Positions 18,379 through 29,550 are shown, counted from the stretch's first letter. The stretch: DNA of 64,000 nucleotides from Longimicrobiales bacterium (GCA_965248195.1 CBDFIQ010000001.1:864001-928000); one strand, 5' to 3'. Notes: generated by a model from the sequence alone, not told the origin. Numbers and translations: made by a program.

Positions 18379-18978
18379 GTGGAGATCCCAGACGCTCGGC
18401 TTCGTGGACTTGTTGACCGTCTCTCCGGCCAGCCAGAGCAGCAGAGCGAGCCAAAGCCGCTGGACGGTCACACGGAGGCGGCCGTTGCGCTGATCCTCCG
18501 GGCATCCGTTGAACTAGAGGTTCTCCTGATCAAGCGAGCCGAGTCCGAGCGGGATCCCTGGTCGGGGCATGTGGCGCTCCCGGGTGGACGCAGGGACGCT
18601 GAAGACGCGGATCTCACGCAGACGGCGATCCGGGAAACCGCCGAAGAGACGGGGGTGGAGCTCTCTTCATCCGGGTGGCCGCTGGGTCGCCTGGGGCGAG
18701 TCGTGCCGAGTCACCCCGGGTTGCCCCCGATTACCATCACGCCCTACCTGTTCGGCGTACGGGAAGGGATCGAGGCGAATGCGGACTCGGCGGAGGTCGA
18801 TCAGGTGCTCTGGGTTGCGCTCTCCGTTCTGTTCGATCCAAAAACGCGAGGGACCACGACCATCCAACTACCGAAAGGCCCAGGGGATTTTCCCTGTTAC
18901 TGGGTCGACGGCCACGCGATTTGGGGTCTCACTTTCCGGATTCTATCCGAGTTCGGTGAGCTCGCGGGTAGGCTCTGA
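18379..18978 (+). CDS. CoA pyrophosphatase (Nudix)
   Basis: AAVALIL, WSGHVALPGGR, Nudix box TAIRETAEETG, IWGLT. Confidence 0.9.
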   Translation: MEIPDARLRGLVDRLSGQPEQQSEPKPLDGHTEAAVALILRASVELEVLLIKRAESERDPWSGHVALPGGRRDAEDADLTQTAIRETAEETGVELSSSGWPLGRLGRVVPSHPGLPPITITPYLFGVREGIEANADSAEVDQVLWVALSVLFDPKTRGTTTIQLPKGPGDFPCYWVDGHAIWGLTFRILSEFGELAGRL

Positions 18979-19015
18979 TCTGCTCACTCCGCCCCGTCTG
19001 CCGAATCTGATCCGC

Positions 19016-20080
19016 TCACTCCACCCACTCCGCTATGAAGATGTTGGTCTCGCCCTCCTGAGCCTGCCCCCGGTTCGACCCCCAGACTAGAAACCGGCCA
19101 TCCGGACTGAACACTGGAAAGCCGTCGAATCCGTCCATGAAGGTGATGCGTTCCTGCCCGGACCCATCCTCGTTGATCATGTAGAGATCGAAGTCCCGCC
19201 CCGTGGGATCGTCCATGTTCGATGCGAAGATGATTTTCTCTCCGGAGGGGTGCCAAAACGGGCCGAAGTTCGCGGTACCGTTGTGCGTCACCTCAGTCTG
19301 ATTCGACCCGTCCGCTTCCATCACGTAGATCTCGAGCTCACTCGGCCGAATCAGTCCGTCGACGAGAAGAGACGTGTAGTCCTCGATCTCTTCTGGAGTG
19401 GTGGGGCGATGGGCACGATACACGATCTTGGACCCGTCCGGAGAGTAGAAAGGCCCCCCGTCATAGCCCATGGTATCCGTGAGACGCAGGACGTCGGAGC
19501 CATCCGCCTTCATGGAGTAGATATCGAGCTCCCCGTCCCGCATGGAGGTGAACACGACGCGATCGCCCACCGGGGAAAACGTGGCTTCGGCGTCGTAGCC
19601 GAACGAGTGCGTCAATTGTTGGAGGTTCGAGCCGTCCGCGTCCGCAACGAAGATGTCGAAGCTGGGGTACACCGCCCACACGTAACCACGCGAAAAGTCG
19701 GGCACCGCCGGGCAGGCCTCGGCAAAGTGGTGGGTCGACGAGTAGAGGATTTTGTCGCCCGCTGGATAGTAGTAGGAGCAGGTGGTACGCCCCTGACCGG
19801 TGCTCAACATCTCGACGTCGCTCCCGTCGAGCGACATGGTGTAGATTTGGTCGCATCCGCCGGCTCTGGGCGTGGACTGGAAGATCAGCTTGGTGCCGTC
19901 AAAGGAGAAATACGCCTCGGCGTTTTCACCCTCGAAGGTGAGTTGCCGTATGTTCCGTAGGTGGACTTCCTGCGCCGCTTGCGCCAGGTAGGGCTGATCC
20001 ACGGTATTGGCCCCGGTGGTGGCCAGAACAAGGAGTCCTGTGACGGTGGCAGTGGCGCCCGGTTTCATGAGTGAAAACAT
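19016..20080 (-). CDS. Secreted TolB-like/PD40 beta-propeller protein
   Basis: ENAEAYFSFDG, GYDAEATFSP, GYDGGPFYSPDG and FDGFPVFSPDG repeats; signal peptide. Confidence 0.88.
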   Translation of the reverse strand: MFSLMKPGATATVTGLLVLATTGANTVDQPYLAQAAQEVHLRNIRQLTFEGENAEAYFSFDGTKLIFQSTPRAGGCDQIYTMSLDGSDVEMLSTGQGRTTCSYYYPAGDKILYSSTHHFAEACPAVPDFSRGYVWAVYPSFDIFVADADGSNLQQLTHSFGYDAEATFSPVGDRVVFTSMRDGELDIYSMKADGSDVLRLTDTMGYDGGPFYSPDGSKIVYRAHRPTTPEEIEDYTSLLVDGLIRPSELEIYVMEADGSNQTEVTHNGTANFGPFWHPSGEKIIFASNMDDPTGRDFDLYMINEDGSGQERITFMDGFDGFPVFSPDGRFLVWGSNRGQAQEGETNIFIAEWVE

Positions 20081-20102
20081 TCAGAATCTCCAGGGTTGAT
20101 CG

Positions 20103-21881
20103 ATGTCTAACGTACTGACTGTCTTCCCGGCGTTCACGGCCGGACTCATTCTTGCGAGCCCGCCGGTGTCCGCGTCCGCCCAGCAGGTCATCGCCTGCCC
20201 CGATGTCGATCAGCTTACAGTGGGCATGGCTCCCGCGCTCGCGCACGTCCGTTACCTGGCCGACGACGCCCTCGAGGGCCGCGGAGCAGGAACGAACGGA
20301 GCGCGCTGCGCAGCACAGTACATTGCGGACCAATTCGAAGCCATTGGTCTCGAAGGCGCCGGGCCGAACGGAAGCTACTTCCAAAGATTTCCGATCCGTG
20401 CGGGCGCCGTCCTCGGCGTCGGGAGTACACTCCGAACGCCGCAAAGCACCTACACCCTCACCGAAGACTGGATCCCGTTCGGATACTCCGCGTCGGGCGT
20501 GGTCACCGGCACATTATTGTACGGGGGAGACGGGATCAACCGCCCCGGGAGTCGGAACAACGCGTATCCGACACTCGACCTCACAGGCCGCATCGTGGTG
20601 GTTGAGGACGGCGACCTACGGTCCCCCCTGAGTCGAGCCCTCCAGACGGATGCCCACTTCAAGGCGTCGGTCGCCGCCGGGCGAGACGCCGCCGGCATGC
20701 TAATCCTCCTCGAAGACGGCCGAGGGCTTCCCGATCTATCGGGAGAGACGAGGGCTGCCCTGAGTATTCCGGTGGCAGCGGTTGGCGGCGAGGCGGCCGA
20801 CCGCATTCGGCAGGCCGCGCGGAGCGGCGACCGCGCTTTCCTCGCGGCCTCCGTACAGCCACGGGCCGTGGAGGCCCGAAATGTCACGGCGCTGCTTCGG
20901 GGATCGGACCCGAACCTCGCCGACGAGGTCCTGATCATTGGAGCCCATTACGATCATCTCGGACTGGGAGGCGAGGGCTCGCTCGATCCCGATGCGCTCG
21001 GAGTGGTCCACAATGGTGCGGATGACAACGCGAGTGGAACGTCGGGATTGATCGAGATCGCCCGGCGCCTAACCGAGGCTGATCGCCAACCGGCGCGCTC
21101 CGTTCTGTTCCTCGCCTTTACCGCAGAGGAGAAAGGACTGTGGGGTTCCACCCACTACGTCCGGAACCCCCTTCTGCCCATCACCCAGACCGTCGCCATG
21201 ATCAACATGGACATGATCGGCCGTTTGGAGGGCCGTACCCTCACCGTCATGGGCGTTGGAACAGCGGAGGAGTGGACCGAGGTGCTGCGGGCCGCCAACC
21301 AGGCCATGACCCGGCCACTCAGTATTGCCACATCGCCGGACGGGTTCGGTCCCTCGGATCACTCCTCGTTCTACGGAGAAGGACTGCCCGTCCTGCACTT
21401 TTTCTCCAACACACACGTCGACTACCACCGGCCCTCCGACGATTGGGACAAGGTGGACATCGAGGGCCTCGGCCAGATCGTCGATCTCGTGAGCGAAGTT
21501 GCGTTCGACGTGGCCGGGGTCTCCGGCTCGGATGAACGCATCGCCCTCACGCCCGTCGAGCCTGACGCAGCTCTGGCCCACGGACAACCCTCGTCCTCCA
21601 CCACCGGCGGCGGATATGGTCCATACCTCGGCACGATTCCGGACATGGTTCCCGTCGACTCGGGGCTCCGCTTGACCGGCGTTCGTGAAGGCAGTCCGGC
21701 GGCCGACGCGGGCATAAGGGGGGGCGACATCGTGGTGGAGTTCGGCGGTAGAGAGGTCGGGGACATCTACGGGTACACGTACGCCCTACAAGATCACGAG
21801 CCCGGCGATGCCGTCGAGATCGTCGTTTTACGCGACGGCGAGCGGTTGATGTTCACGGCCGTGCTGGGGGACCGGCGGTAG
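20103..21881 (+). CDS. Secreted M28 aminopeptidase with PA and C-terminal PDZ domains
   Basis: GAHYDHLG, GADDNASG, AEEKGLWGS, NMDMIG, SDHSSF and YHRPSD motifs; PDZ YLGTIPD...GSPAADAG. Confidence 0.92.
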   Translation: MSNVLTVFPAFTAGLILASPPVSASAQQVIACPDVDQLTVGMAPALAHVRYLADDALEGRGAGTNGARCAAQYIADQFEAIGLEGAGPNGSYFQRFPIRAGAVLGVGSTLRTPQSTYTLTEDWIPFGYSASGVVTGTLLYGGDGINRPGSRNNAYPTLDLTGRIVVVEDGDLRSPLSRALQTDAHFKASVAAGRDAAGMLILLEDGRGLPDLSGETRAALSIPVAAVGGEAADRIRQAARSGDRAFLAASVQPRAVEARNVTALLRGSDPNLADEVLIIGAHYDHLGLGGEGSLDPDALGVVHNGADDNASGTSGLIEIARRLTEADRQPARSVLFLAFTAEEKGLWGSTHYVRNPLLPITQTVAMINMDMIGRLEGRTLTVMGVGTAEEWTEVLRAANQAMTRPLSIATSPDGFGPSDHSSFYGEGLPVLHFFSNTHVDYHRPSDDWDKVDIEGLGQIVDLVSEVAFDVAGVSGSDERIALTPVEPDAALAHGQPSSSTTGGGYGPYLGTIPDMVPVDSGLRLTGVREGSPAADAGIRGGDIVVEFGGREVGDIYGYTYALQDHEPGDAVEIVVLRDGERLMFTAVLGDRR

Positions 21882-21910
21882 CTGCGGGAGCCACCAACAG
21901 CGTTCGAACG

Positions 21911-24460
21911 CTACGGCAGCAGGTCCAACTGCCCCACCGATACCACGTCCCCGGCTTCCGGGTCTGGCCGCTCTTCGGACCCTTCCGACGCTTCGTCCGC
22001 CGCCACTTCCGCCTCGCTCCCCCGGCCGACCGTTTCAGTGTGCGCCCGCGTCACCTCCACTACCCTGTCGCCCGTGGCCGGTTGGACCAGTGGCCGTCCC
22101 TGCGTTCGCCGCCCTTGGGACCGCACTTTATCGGCGTGGAGGCGCGTGACCTTGCCACTCGCCATCACGACCATGACCTCGTCTCCCTCGAGCACCTCCA
22201 GAGCAGACACGAGCGCTGTCCCATCCCCGGACGGGACCGCCAGCGTGCCCAGGCCACCACGCTTCTGGAGCGGGAAATCCCCGACCTCCGTGCGCTTTCC
22301 CCTCCCATCCTCCGCGACGCTCAACACCCAAGCGTCCCTACGGATGAGCAGCATCCCGACGACGGCATCGTCGCCCTTCAAGTCGATGCCCTTCACCCCC
22401 TGCGCGGTGCGCCCGAGAACAGACAGATCGGATTCCGGAAAGCGGATCGCCCGTCCGTCCCTGGTGATCAGCATGACCTCCCCGTCGCCGTCGGAGAGGC
22501 GAACGTCCATGATGTGGTCGCCCTTCTTCAGGCCCGCGGCAATCACGCCCCCCGCCCGTGGATGCGCGAACTCCGAGAGCTTGGTCCGTTTCATGAGGCC
22601 GTTCCTAGTAAGGAACACGACAAAGCGCTCCGAAGTGAGATCGTCCGCCGGCACCATCGTGACGATCGCATCACCGCGATCGGCCTGGGTCAGCCCATAG
22701 ATCGACTGCCCCCTGGACGCCCGCGCCCCCTCGGGTACATCCAGCACCGGAAGGAAATGTAGATGTCCGTTCTCCGTGAAGGCGAGCAACCAACCCTGCG
22801 TGCGCGCCACGAAAACCCGCTCCAGATAGTCGTTCTCGAACCGCTCCATCCCGGCCAACGCCTTCCCGGATGAGACCCGGCGCCGGTAGAGGTGCATTGG
22901 AATTCGCTTCACGAACCCCTCGTGGCTGACGGTGATCACCGCATCTTCATCGGCGACCGTGTTTTCCACCGCCATCTCCTCCGACCCATCGTCCTCGACA
23001 ATGACCGTCCGCCGCGCATCCCCGTACTTCTCAACGATCTCGTCCAGCTCCTCGAGCATGACCTCGAGCTTTCGGGCCTCGCTCTTGAGTATCGCCTTCA
23101 GGTCCTTGATGATGGCCTTGAGCTCCTTGAGCCTCCTCTCGATCTCGTCTTGCTCGAGCGCAGTCAGCTTGGCGAGTCGCATGTTGAGAATGGCGTCCGC
23201 CTGGATCTCGGAGAGTCCGAGAAGGTCCTGGAGCTTCACGCAGGCCTCCGAACGATCCGCCGACCCTCGGATGATTCTGATGACCTCATCGATGGCGCCG
23301 AGCGCCGCCACCAAACCCTCCGCGGTGTGCTTTTCGGCCTGTGCTTTCTCGAGATCATGCTGGGAGCGGCGCTGGATGACCTCGATGCGGTGATCCCTGA
23401 AACGCTCGAGAAGCCGGACGAGGGTGAACTCCTTCGGTTCGCCGTGGTCCAGCGCGATCATGATGGCCCCGAACGTGCTCTGGAGGCTGGTCTTCTTCTG
23501 CAGCAACTTGATGACCTTGCCGGCCTTGGCGCCCCGCTTCAGCTCCAAGACCAGCCGGAGCCCGTCCCGGTCCGATTCGTCACGGATGTCAGCGAGGTCC
23601 ACAGCGCCGCCTTTTCTCGCAAGGTCGGCAATCTGTCGGATGATCCGAGCCTTCGAGACCGCATAGGGGAGCTCGGTCACCACCAGCTGGTCTCTTCCAC
23701 CCCTCAGCGCCTCCTTCACGATGCGGGCCCGCATGACGATCCGGCCCCGCCCGGTCTCGTACATGTCCCGAATCCCGTCGCGCCCGACTACGAATCCGCC
23801 GGTGGGGAAGTCCGGCCCCGGAAGGTGTCTCATCAGAACGTCGAGCGTTGGATCGGTTTCCTCGATCAAGGCTCTCAGGGCGGCGGCGACCTCTTTCAAG
23901 TTGTGGGGCGGCACGTTGGTGCTCAACCCGACGGCGATCCCCGAGGACCCGTTGACCAGAAGGTTCGGCACCCGGGACGGAAGCACGGTGGGCTCGGTGC
24001 GCTGCCCATCGAAATTCTCGTCGACATCCACCGTTTCCTTCTCGATGTCCGCTAGAATGTCCTCGGCAATTGGGGCGAGCTTGGCTTCGGTGTACCGGTA
24101 CGCCGCCGCGGAGTCGCCGTCGATGGAGCCGAAATTTCCCTGCCCGTCCACGAGCGGATAACGAAGGGAAAAGTCTTGGACCATCCGTACGAGCGCGTCG
24201 TACACGGCCGTGTCCCCATGGGGGTGATACTTGCCCAGGACGTCGCCCACCACGGTCGCACTCTTCTTGAAAGGCTTGTCCGGCCTAAGTCCCGCCTCAT
24301 GCATGGCGAAGAGGATGCGCCGGTGGACCGGTTTGAGCCCGTCCCGGACATCGGGGAGGGCCCTCTGGACGATCACGCTCATCGAGTAGTCGAGGAAGGA
24401 TTCTCGCATCTCCTGCTCGATGAGCCTCGGCAGGATGCGCTCGCGCGTCTGGGCCGTCAT
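21911..24460 (-). CDS. gyrA: Type IIA topoisomerase subunit A (GyrA/ParC paralog; canonical GyrA box absent)
   Basis: [22 protein letters not shown], catalytic [17 protein letters not shown]-terminal beta-pinwheel repeats. Confidence 0.9.
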   Translation of the reverse strand: MTAQTRERILPRLIEQEMRESFLDYSMSVIVQRALPDVRDGLKPVHRRILFAMHEAGLRPDKPFKKSATVVGDVLGKYHPHGDTAVYDALVRMVQDFSLRYPLVDGQGNFGSIDGDSAAAYRYTEAKLAPIAEDILADIEKETVDVDENFDGQRTEPTVLPSRVPNLLVNGSSGIAVGLSTNVPPHNLKEVAAALRALIEETDPTLDVLMRHLPGPDFPTGGFVVGRDGIRDMYETGRGRIVMRARIVKEALRGGRDQLVVTELPYAVSKARIIRQIADLARKGGAVDLADIRDESDRDGLRLVLELKRGAKAGKVIKLLQKKTSLQSTFGAIMIALDHGEPKEFTLVRLLERFRDHRIEVIQRRSQHDLEKAQAEKHTAEGLVAALGAIDEVIRIIRGSADRSEACVKLQDLLGLSEIQADAILNMRLAKLTALEQDEIERRLKELKAIIKDLKAILKSEARKLEVMLEELDEIVEKYGDARRTVIVEDDGSEEMAVENTVADEDAVITVSHEGFVKRIPMHLYRRRVSSGKALAGMERFENDYLERVFVARTQGWLLAFTENGHLHFLPVLDVPEGARASRGQSIYGLTQADRGDAIVTMVPADDLTSERFVVFLTRNGLMKRTKLSEFAHPRAGGVIAAGLKKGDHIMDVRLSDGDGEVMLITRDGRAIRFPESDLSVLGRTAQGVKGIDLKGDDAVVGMLLIRRDAWVLSVAEDGRGKRTEVGDFPLQKRGGLGTLAVPSGDGTALVSALEVLEGDEVMVVMASGKVTRLHADKVRSQGRRTQGRPLVQPATGDRVVEVTRAHTETVGRGSEAEVAADEASEGSEERPDPEAGDVVSVGQLDLLP

Positions 24461-24571
24461 TCCATCTCCCGGTGGACCGAATACATACCGAAAATCGGGG
24501 CATCTTGCCACGATGCCTCGCCTACGATCTCAGAATGGGTGGAGCAAAGCAAGCCAGGGCAGAAACGGGAA

Positions 24572-24601
24572 GAGCCGCGGGTCGAAAACGACCCGCGGCT
24601 C
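24572..24601 (-). terminator. Hairpin/intrinsic terminator after the ECF-antisigma operon
   Basis: Perfect 13-bp stem GAGCCGCGGGTCG-AAAA-CGACCCGCGGCTC, followed on the minus strand by TTCCCGTTTCT. Confidence 0.7.
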
Positions 24602-24630
24602 CTCAACTTCGAGTGATCCGGGCGGTGGCT

Positions 24631-24984
24631 TCAGTCCGTCCCCTCATCCTCCGCGAGCGCCTGGAGCACCCGCTCCCTCAAGCTCCGTGACACTCGACCA
24701 CCGTTCTGGGACCGCTGCAAGGCTTCCAGGAAGTGCCTCTCGAACTGGACGCGAGGATAGCAGGCCTCGCAGACCGCCAAATGGCAACGGACCTCCTCCT
24801 CGGACAGATCCTCGAGCTCACCGTCCAAATACTCGAAGAGTCGGGCGCTGGCCTCGTCGCAGGAGATCATCGCGACCGCCGCCTCACCAACCGAGCCATC
24901 GTTGCCGGACGAATCCGTGGCACCTGACCGGCCCTGCTGGCCGGTGCTGCCAAATAACCGTTTCAACGATTCGAAGAACGACAC
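24631..24984 (-). CDS. Zinc-binding anti-sigma factor (zf-HC2/ZAS, cytoplasmic)
   Basis: CDEA...YLDGEL...HLAVCEAC (HxxxCxxC); directly follows the sigma factor. Confidence 0.88.
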   Translation of the reverse strand: MSFFESLKRLFGSTGQQGRSGATDSSGNDGSVGEAAVAMISCDEASARLFEYLDGELEDLSEEEVRCHLAVCEACYPRVQFERHFLEALQRSQNGGRVSRSLRERVLQALAEDEGTD

Positions 24985-25575
24985 CTATTTTTCTCCCGCC
25001 TCCGAGATGTACCCCATCTCGAGGGCATATTCATAGAGCTGACTCTGTAGCTGTCGGCGTCCACGGAAGAGCCGACTCTTGACGGTTCCAACGGGAATCT
25101 CCATGACCTCGGCGATCTCCCCATAGGAAAGATCTTCCAGATCCGAAAGCACGACGGCCATTCGATACTCCTCCGGCAACTCCTCGATCGCCGCGAACAC
25201 CTGATCATCCACGATGGACCGGAAGAAGTCACCCTCCGGGTCCTCATCCCGGGATGCCGCAAACACCGGAGCCTCGCGGCTGATCGTTCGCGGATCGTCC
25301 TGCGCCGTTTCCAAAAGGATCGCATCATGGCGCTGGCTACGCTCCCGCCCCCTCAGAAACACATTCCTGCAGATCGTAAATAACCAACTCTTGCAGCGGG
25401 TTCCCGGCGCATACTGTTCCCACGCGCGAAAGGCGCGGAGGTAGGTGTCCTGCACGAGGTCTTCCGCTTCGTCTCGGGCCCCCGTTAGGCGCAACGCGAA
25501 TCTGAATACCGCATCCATGTGCGGGAGCGCATCCTCGGAAAAGCTGGCCCCCCGTGCGTTGCGGTCGCCGGGCAC
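24985..25575 (-). CDS. ECF RNA polymerase sigma factor (SigR/SigH-like); start uncertain
   Basis: AEDLVQDTYLRA, KSWLFTI, LSYGEIAEVMEIPVGTVKSRLFRGR motifs. Confidence 0.92.
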   Translation of the reverse strand: MPGDRNARGASFSEDALPHMDAVFRFALRLTGARDEAEDLVQDTYLRAFRAWEQYAPGTRCKSWLFTICRNVFLRGRERSQRHDAILLETAQDDPRTISREAPVFAASRDEDPEGDFFRSIVDDQVFAAIEELPEEYRMAVVLSDLEDLSYGEIAEVMEIPVGTVKSRLFRGRRQLQSQLYEYALEMGYISEAGEK

Positions 25576-25606
25576 ATCCCCACCCGTTTTCAAGGGATGC
25601 CCAAGA

Positions 25607-26029
25607 TCAGTCCGGAAAAGCGAAGTCTCTGGCGAGTTCGTCTGTGACGGGCCCTCCGGTGACCAGTTCAACGAGGGCCTGCATCTCCAAGCCTACCTCG
25701 TACAGACGAGTCTGCACGGAGAAGGCATGAGCGAAATCAAAGTACGCGGACACGGCAACTTCATGCGCCGGATGATTGGTCGCGACCGTGGACTCCATCT
25801 CGACGCGAAGCATCTCGACGATGATCGCCACGGTGTGGAGCAACGACCTCTGCTCGGCGAGTGTGATCACCGAGAAGTCGCCACCGAGGCGCTGCATGAG
25901 GGCCGCCACCTGCTCGCGCTCCTCCGGAGGAGCGGCGATCACGCCGTGCTCGGGAGCATACCCTTCCAGGACCTGCCGCGCACCGGCCTTGAGGGCGGTC
26001 AGTTCCTCGAAGTTGCAGTGCACGATCAC
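25607..26029 (-). CDS. Conserved hypothetical protein
   Basis: Coding-like ORF with GGAG RBS, co-oriented with its neighbours. Confidence 0.7.
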   Translation of the reverse strand: MIVHCNFEELTALKAGARQVLEGYAPEHGVIAAPPEEREQVAALMQRLGGDFSVITLAEQRSLLHTVAIIVEMLRVEMESTVATNHPAHEVAVSAYFDFAHAFSVQTRLYEVGLEMQALVELVTGGPVTDELARDFAFPD

Positions 26030-26106
26030 GTCATTCTCCTCATCCCGCGTGGTCCTAGTCCTTTCTACTTATTCGCTCCCCGTTTGTTTCTGCAAGTACC
26101 GAGTCT

Positions 26107-26526
26107 CTAGGCGGCGGCTCCAGGGCCCTGCGGTCCGTCTACTGACAACGGTAATGACACGTGATGCTCCCCATCCACCTTCACGTCGAAGCTATACATG
26201 CCCGGACCTGTGAAGACCAGTCCATCGAGATTGAGAATATGGGGAACGCGGATACCCTCTCCAAAGGACGGTCCTCCCGCCAACTGCATCTCTCCGTTGA
26301 GTGACAGTACTTCTTCGCCGCGCGGATCCGACATCCGAATTTGCACCTCGTGAGAACCGATCTCCGATGTCCCGGCGGTGAACCGCAATACCAGGGTAAC
26401 CCGCCCATGCTGAGCGGGAAACTGTACCACGCCGATGCGATCGAAAATCCCGAGGATACTCAATTTTCCCGACGCATCGATCGTGGCCGCATCCGCCAAC
26501 AATGCCAGGTCGATCTCCAATGTCAT
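26107..26526 (-). CDS. Hypothetical beta-sandwich protein (DUF6941-like)
   Basis: ALLADAA...GKLSILGIFD and F-x-x-PG-x-Y motifs. Confidence 0.72.
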   Translation of the reverse strand: MTLEIDLALLADAATIDASGKLSILGIFDRIGVVQFPAQHGRVTLVLRFTAGTSEIGSHEVQIRMSDPRGEEVLSLNGEMQLAGGPSFGEGIRVPHILNLDGLVFTGPGMYSFDVKVDGEHHVSLPLSVDGPQGPGAAA

Positions 26527-26568
26527 TCCCTCTGGTTACGACTGGTTACGCCGGCAACTCGTCTAGGC

Positions 26569-27303
26569 TTACGACAGCAATCTGTCTGCTACGACCAAGC
26601 CGACGACAAGGTCGATCAGAACGTGTGCGGCGATCGGCGGCCACACGCTCCCCGTATGGAGGAATACCATACCCATGATCACCCCGACCACTCCGGTGCG
26701 CACGACCCCTAATACCCCCTGGTACGAATGCAGGGCCGCGAAGGCCACCGACGTCACGGCAAGGGCCGCCGGAGCCGACCCGCCGGCGAGGATCACTGCG
26801 GGAATCGCATACCCCCGGTAGGCCAACTCCTCCCCGAACCCGGCACAGAACGACAACCCCGCGTAGAGGCCCTTTTCTCGACGCGTGACCGGCATCAACT
26901 CGTGTACGAGACGGCTTTCGCCCCACCCGCCCCTTTTTCGAATCACCAGGAAGAACCATAACGTTCCCACGCCAAGGGCGAAGGTGCCTGCACCCCAGGA
27001 CACCGCATGCGCGACGCGCCCAGGCTCTATTCGAAGGCCCATCGCCTCCATGCCCAACAGCCTCGACCCCAGCGTGAGGCTCAGGAAGCCCAAGAAAAGA
27101 ACCGTCAGGGCTGATGTTATGTACGCCTGAGCCCGCACCACGGCCAGATCACGAGCCAGATCGAGCTGGACAACAGCAAACACCGGAAGAAGTTCGATGA
27201 GTGCGGCGAGGAACAGAGCGTCGAGCCACCGGAGCGGCGTACTCGACAAGAGGACGTATACGACCACTGCGTATCCGATCAGACCAGCTATCGCAACTCT
27301 CAC
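26569..27303 (-). CDS. CPBP (Abi/CAAX) intramembrane metalloprotease
   Basis: EELAYRG, FAALHSYQG and AHVLID motifs; multiple TM helices. Confidence 0.9.
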   Translation of the reverse strand: MRVAIAGLIGYAVVVYVLLSSTPLRWLDALFLAALIELLPVFAVVQLDLARDLAVVRAQAYITSALTVLFLGFLSLTLGSRLLGMEAMGLRIEPGRVAHAVSWGAGTFALGVGTLWFFLVIRKRGGWGESRLVHELMPVTRREKGLYAGLSFCAGFGEELAYRGYAIPAVILAGGSAPAALAVTSVAFAALHSYQGVLGVVRTGVVGVIMGMVFLHTGSVWPPIAAHVLIDLVVGLVVADRLLS

Positions 27304-27482
27304 TCGACGATCTCCCGCCTCGTCTGGCCGGCCATAGGCCGGCTGCTATCCCCATCCCAAACCGCAGCCCTCAGCCCGTCCTCTTCGTTCAACGCTTCAC
27401 AACGGGCCCCGTCGCCTCTAGGATTGTTTGGGGGGCTCGCTGTGGCGCCCCGGTCCGAGGACCACATCCTCAACGAGCTCAT

Positions 27483-27809
27483 ATGGAAACCGTTGCGAAA
27501 AAACCCAAGGCGATCTTCCGTGTGCTCGACTCAATGGAGGCCCCGTACGGCGGCTGGTTTCTGAAGTTGCGCTTCGAAACGGGTGATGCCCCTACAATCC
27601 GGGAACTGAAGAACGCCATTCTAAGCGTATCGTCTCCTGACGGAGCGACCTCATTCGAGGTCGAGGTGCAGGGGTTCCCCCTTTTCGGAGGATATCCCTC
27701 CGACGATCGGCTTCACAGGACCGGGCGTGTGGATATCCACGTAAGAGTGCTGGACGGAAGTGGACGCACGATCAGTGCCAAGTGGAAGGTGGCGGGGCCG
27801 CTTCGGTAG
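27483..27809 (+). CDS. Hypothetical protein
   Basis: Coding-like C-terminal part of ORF 27201-27809, from ATG 27483 (METVAKKPK...). Confidence 0.6.
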   Translation: METVAKKPKAIFRVLDSMEAPYGGWFLKLRFETGDAPTIRELKNAILSVSSPDGATSFEVEVQGFPLFGGYPSDDRLHRTGRVDIHVRVLDGSGRTISAKWKVAGPLR

Positions 27810-27861
27810 CGGCATGCCTCCTCCCCCCAACGACACGAGGCCCTCGTGCCTGGGGTGCGGC

Positions 27862-28581
27862 TCAATTCCCCTCCGGCTCCCTAAGGCCCGGCGGCTCCAT
27901 CTCGAAGGTCTCGACGAACCAGCGGCGGTACTCGTCCTCGCGTCCTGGATTCCCCTGTAGCCACGTAACGCGTCCTTCCTCGAACTCTTCGGGGCGCGCG
28001 GTGAGAATAAAAGCGTCCAAGAACCCGTTTTCGTGAGAAAAAAGAAGCTCGTCGAGCGGTCCGTAGGGAGGAATATCGAACACCGCACGCCCGTATAACC
28101 AGGCGTCGGACAGGCGGGAAAGAATCGCCCGTTCGAGGTCGTACCCCTCGGCACCGACCGCCTCGGGTAGAACTTCATCGAGCCGATCCATGGTGTCCAT
28201 CAAATGGAAGTGTCCATAGAAGGACATGAAGGATCCGGACTCCGGAGCCGAGGCGGTTACGAGAACCACAGCCGTGTCGCCACTGATACTCAACCCATCC
28301 CAAGGATACGTCTCCTCCCCCGTCCTGTTCTCGATAATCCAAAACGACGGATCGATGATGATGTTCTCTTGCTGCTCCCGAACCCAGATGTCGATTTCGG
28401 CCAGGCGGGCTTCGTCGGCATAGATTCGGGCGCCGGAATGATTGACGAGGGTACGTGGGGGCGGCAGAGAATACGCTCCGGCACAGGCTCCAGCAGCAAG
28501 GGCACCGGCGATAAGTAACGCTCCCAACCCCTGCCGGCGGCGGCGCTCTGCCGGGCTATACGGTGATGATCCAAGCGTCAT
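27862..28581 (-). CDS. Hypothetical lipoprotein
   Basis: RRRR, a hydrophobic stretch and lipobox AGAC; GGAG RBS. Confidence 0.7.
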   Translation of the reverse strand: MTLGSSPYSPAERRRRQGLGALLIAGALAAGACAGAYSLPPPRTLVNHSGARIYADEARLAEIDIWVREQQENIIIDPSFWIIENRTGEETYPWDGLSISGDTAVVLVTASAPESGSFMSFYGHFHLMDTMDRLDEVLPEAVGAEGYDLERAILSRLSDAWLYGRAVFDIPPYGPLDELLFSHENGFLDAFILTARPEEFEEGRVTWLQGNPGREDEYRRWFVETFEMEPPGLREPEGN

Positions 28582-28694
28582 GACTGAAAAACTCCCTCGA
28601 GCGAGCCCGAAAAATCCTTGACACTCCCACCTCGCGGGGCGGAATTGGGACACCGTCGCAAAATGGATGTCACGTAAGAATGAATGGTTAAGAA

Positions 28695-29246
28695 ATGAGC
28701 GAGGACGGACAGGGGTTCCAAGCCCCCCAAACGATAACGCCTGATGGCCTTGCTGACGACCTGGCGGTCCTCGTCTGGGAGAGCTTCACCGACTTTATTT
28801 CGGAGTGGGAGGGCACCTCCACACTCGCGGATCCCGGCCTGATCGACGACGAGGGGCAGCCCGACCAGAGGGCCGTGGAAGAAGCCCTCATCTTCTTGAT
28901 GTGGGCCCATACCCGGGGCACCCAGCAAGCTTTCGTCGGTCGCGCGCCGGAGGACCTCCTCAAGAGGGCGCTCGACGGACTCCACGACGCGGTCCTCGAG
29001 GACATGGTGGATAATGGGACACCACGGGCACAACTACCCTATTTCGAAAAGCGTGTGAGCACGCGCTACTCGCAGTATCATGCCGCGGCGGCAGTGTCCG
29101 ACGTCGCCTTGGGGGAGGCCGTGGTCCATCATCTGACCGGATCCGCGGAATCTCCAGAGCCCTTCACTCAGGCCGTGACGGAGCGGGCTGTGGAAGTGAC
29201 GGGGCCGTTACGGGACTACCTCGAGGACGTCCAGCTCGTACCGTAA
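28695..29246 (+). CDS. Hypothetical protein
   Basis: 183-aa acidic, helical ORF with high-GC third positions. Confidence 0.65.
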   Translation: MSEDGQGFQAPQTITPDGLADDLAVLVWESFTDFISEWEGTSTLADPGLIDDEGQPDQRAVEEALIFLMWAHTRGTQQAFVGRAPEDLLKRALDGLHDAVLEDMVDNGTPRAQLPYFEKRVSTRYSQYHAAAAVSDVALGEAVVHHLTGSAESPEPFTQAVTERAVEVTGPLRDYLEDVQLVP

Positions 29247-29250
29247 AAGG

Positions 29251-29550
29251 CTACAACCCCAATGATGACCGAATCAGTGGAGCGATCCGCTCCGGGGTCC
29301 ACGGGGGATCGAACGTGAGGTCGACTTCGCAACTCTCCACCCCTTCGATCTCGGATATAGCGTTGCGGGCGTCCAACACGATCTGATCCGCGACCGGACA
29401 CATTGGTGACGTCAACGACATCACGACGTGCACGTCGCCTTCGTCTACTTCGATATCGTACACCAATCCGAGCACCACGAGGTCCAGGTTCAGCTCCGGA
29501 TCCTTCACGGTTTTCAGAGCACTCCGAACGTCTTTCTCGCTCACGGGCAT
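29251..29550 (-). CDS. Metal-sulfur cluster assembly factor (SufT/DUF59, PaaD-like)
   Basis: V-x-DPEL...LGLVY...LTSPMCP...FDPPWT signature. Confidence 0.92.
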   Translation of the reverse strand: MPVSEKDVRSALKTVKDPELNLDLVVLGLVYDIEVDEGDVHVVMSLTSPMCPVADQIVLDARNAISEIEGVESCEVDLTFDPPWTPERIAPLIRSSLGL

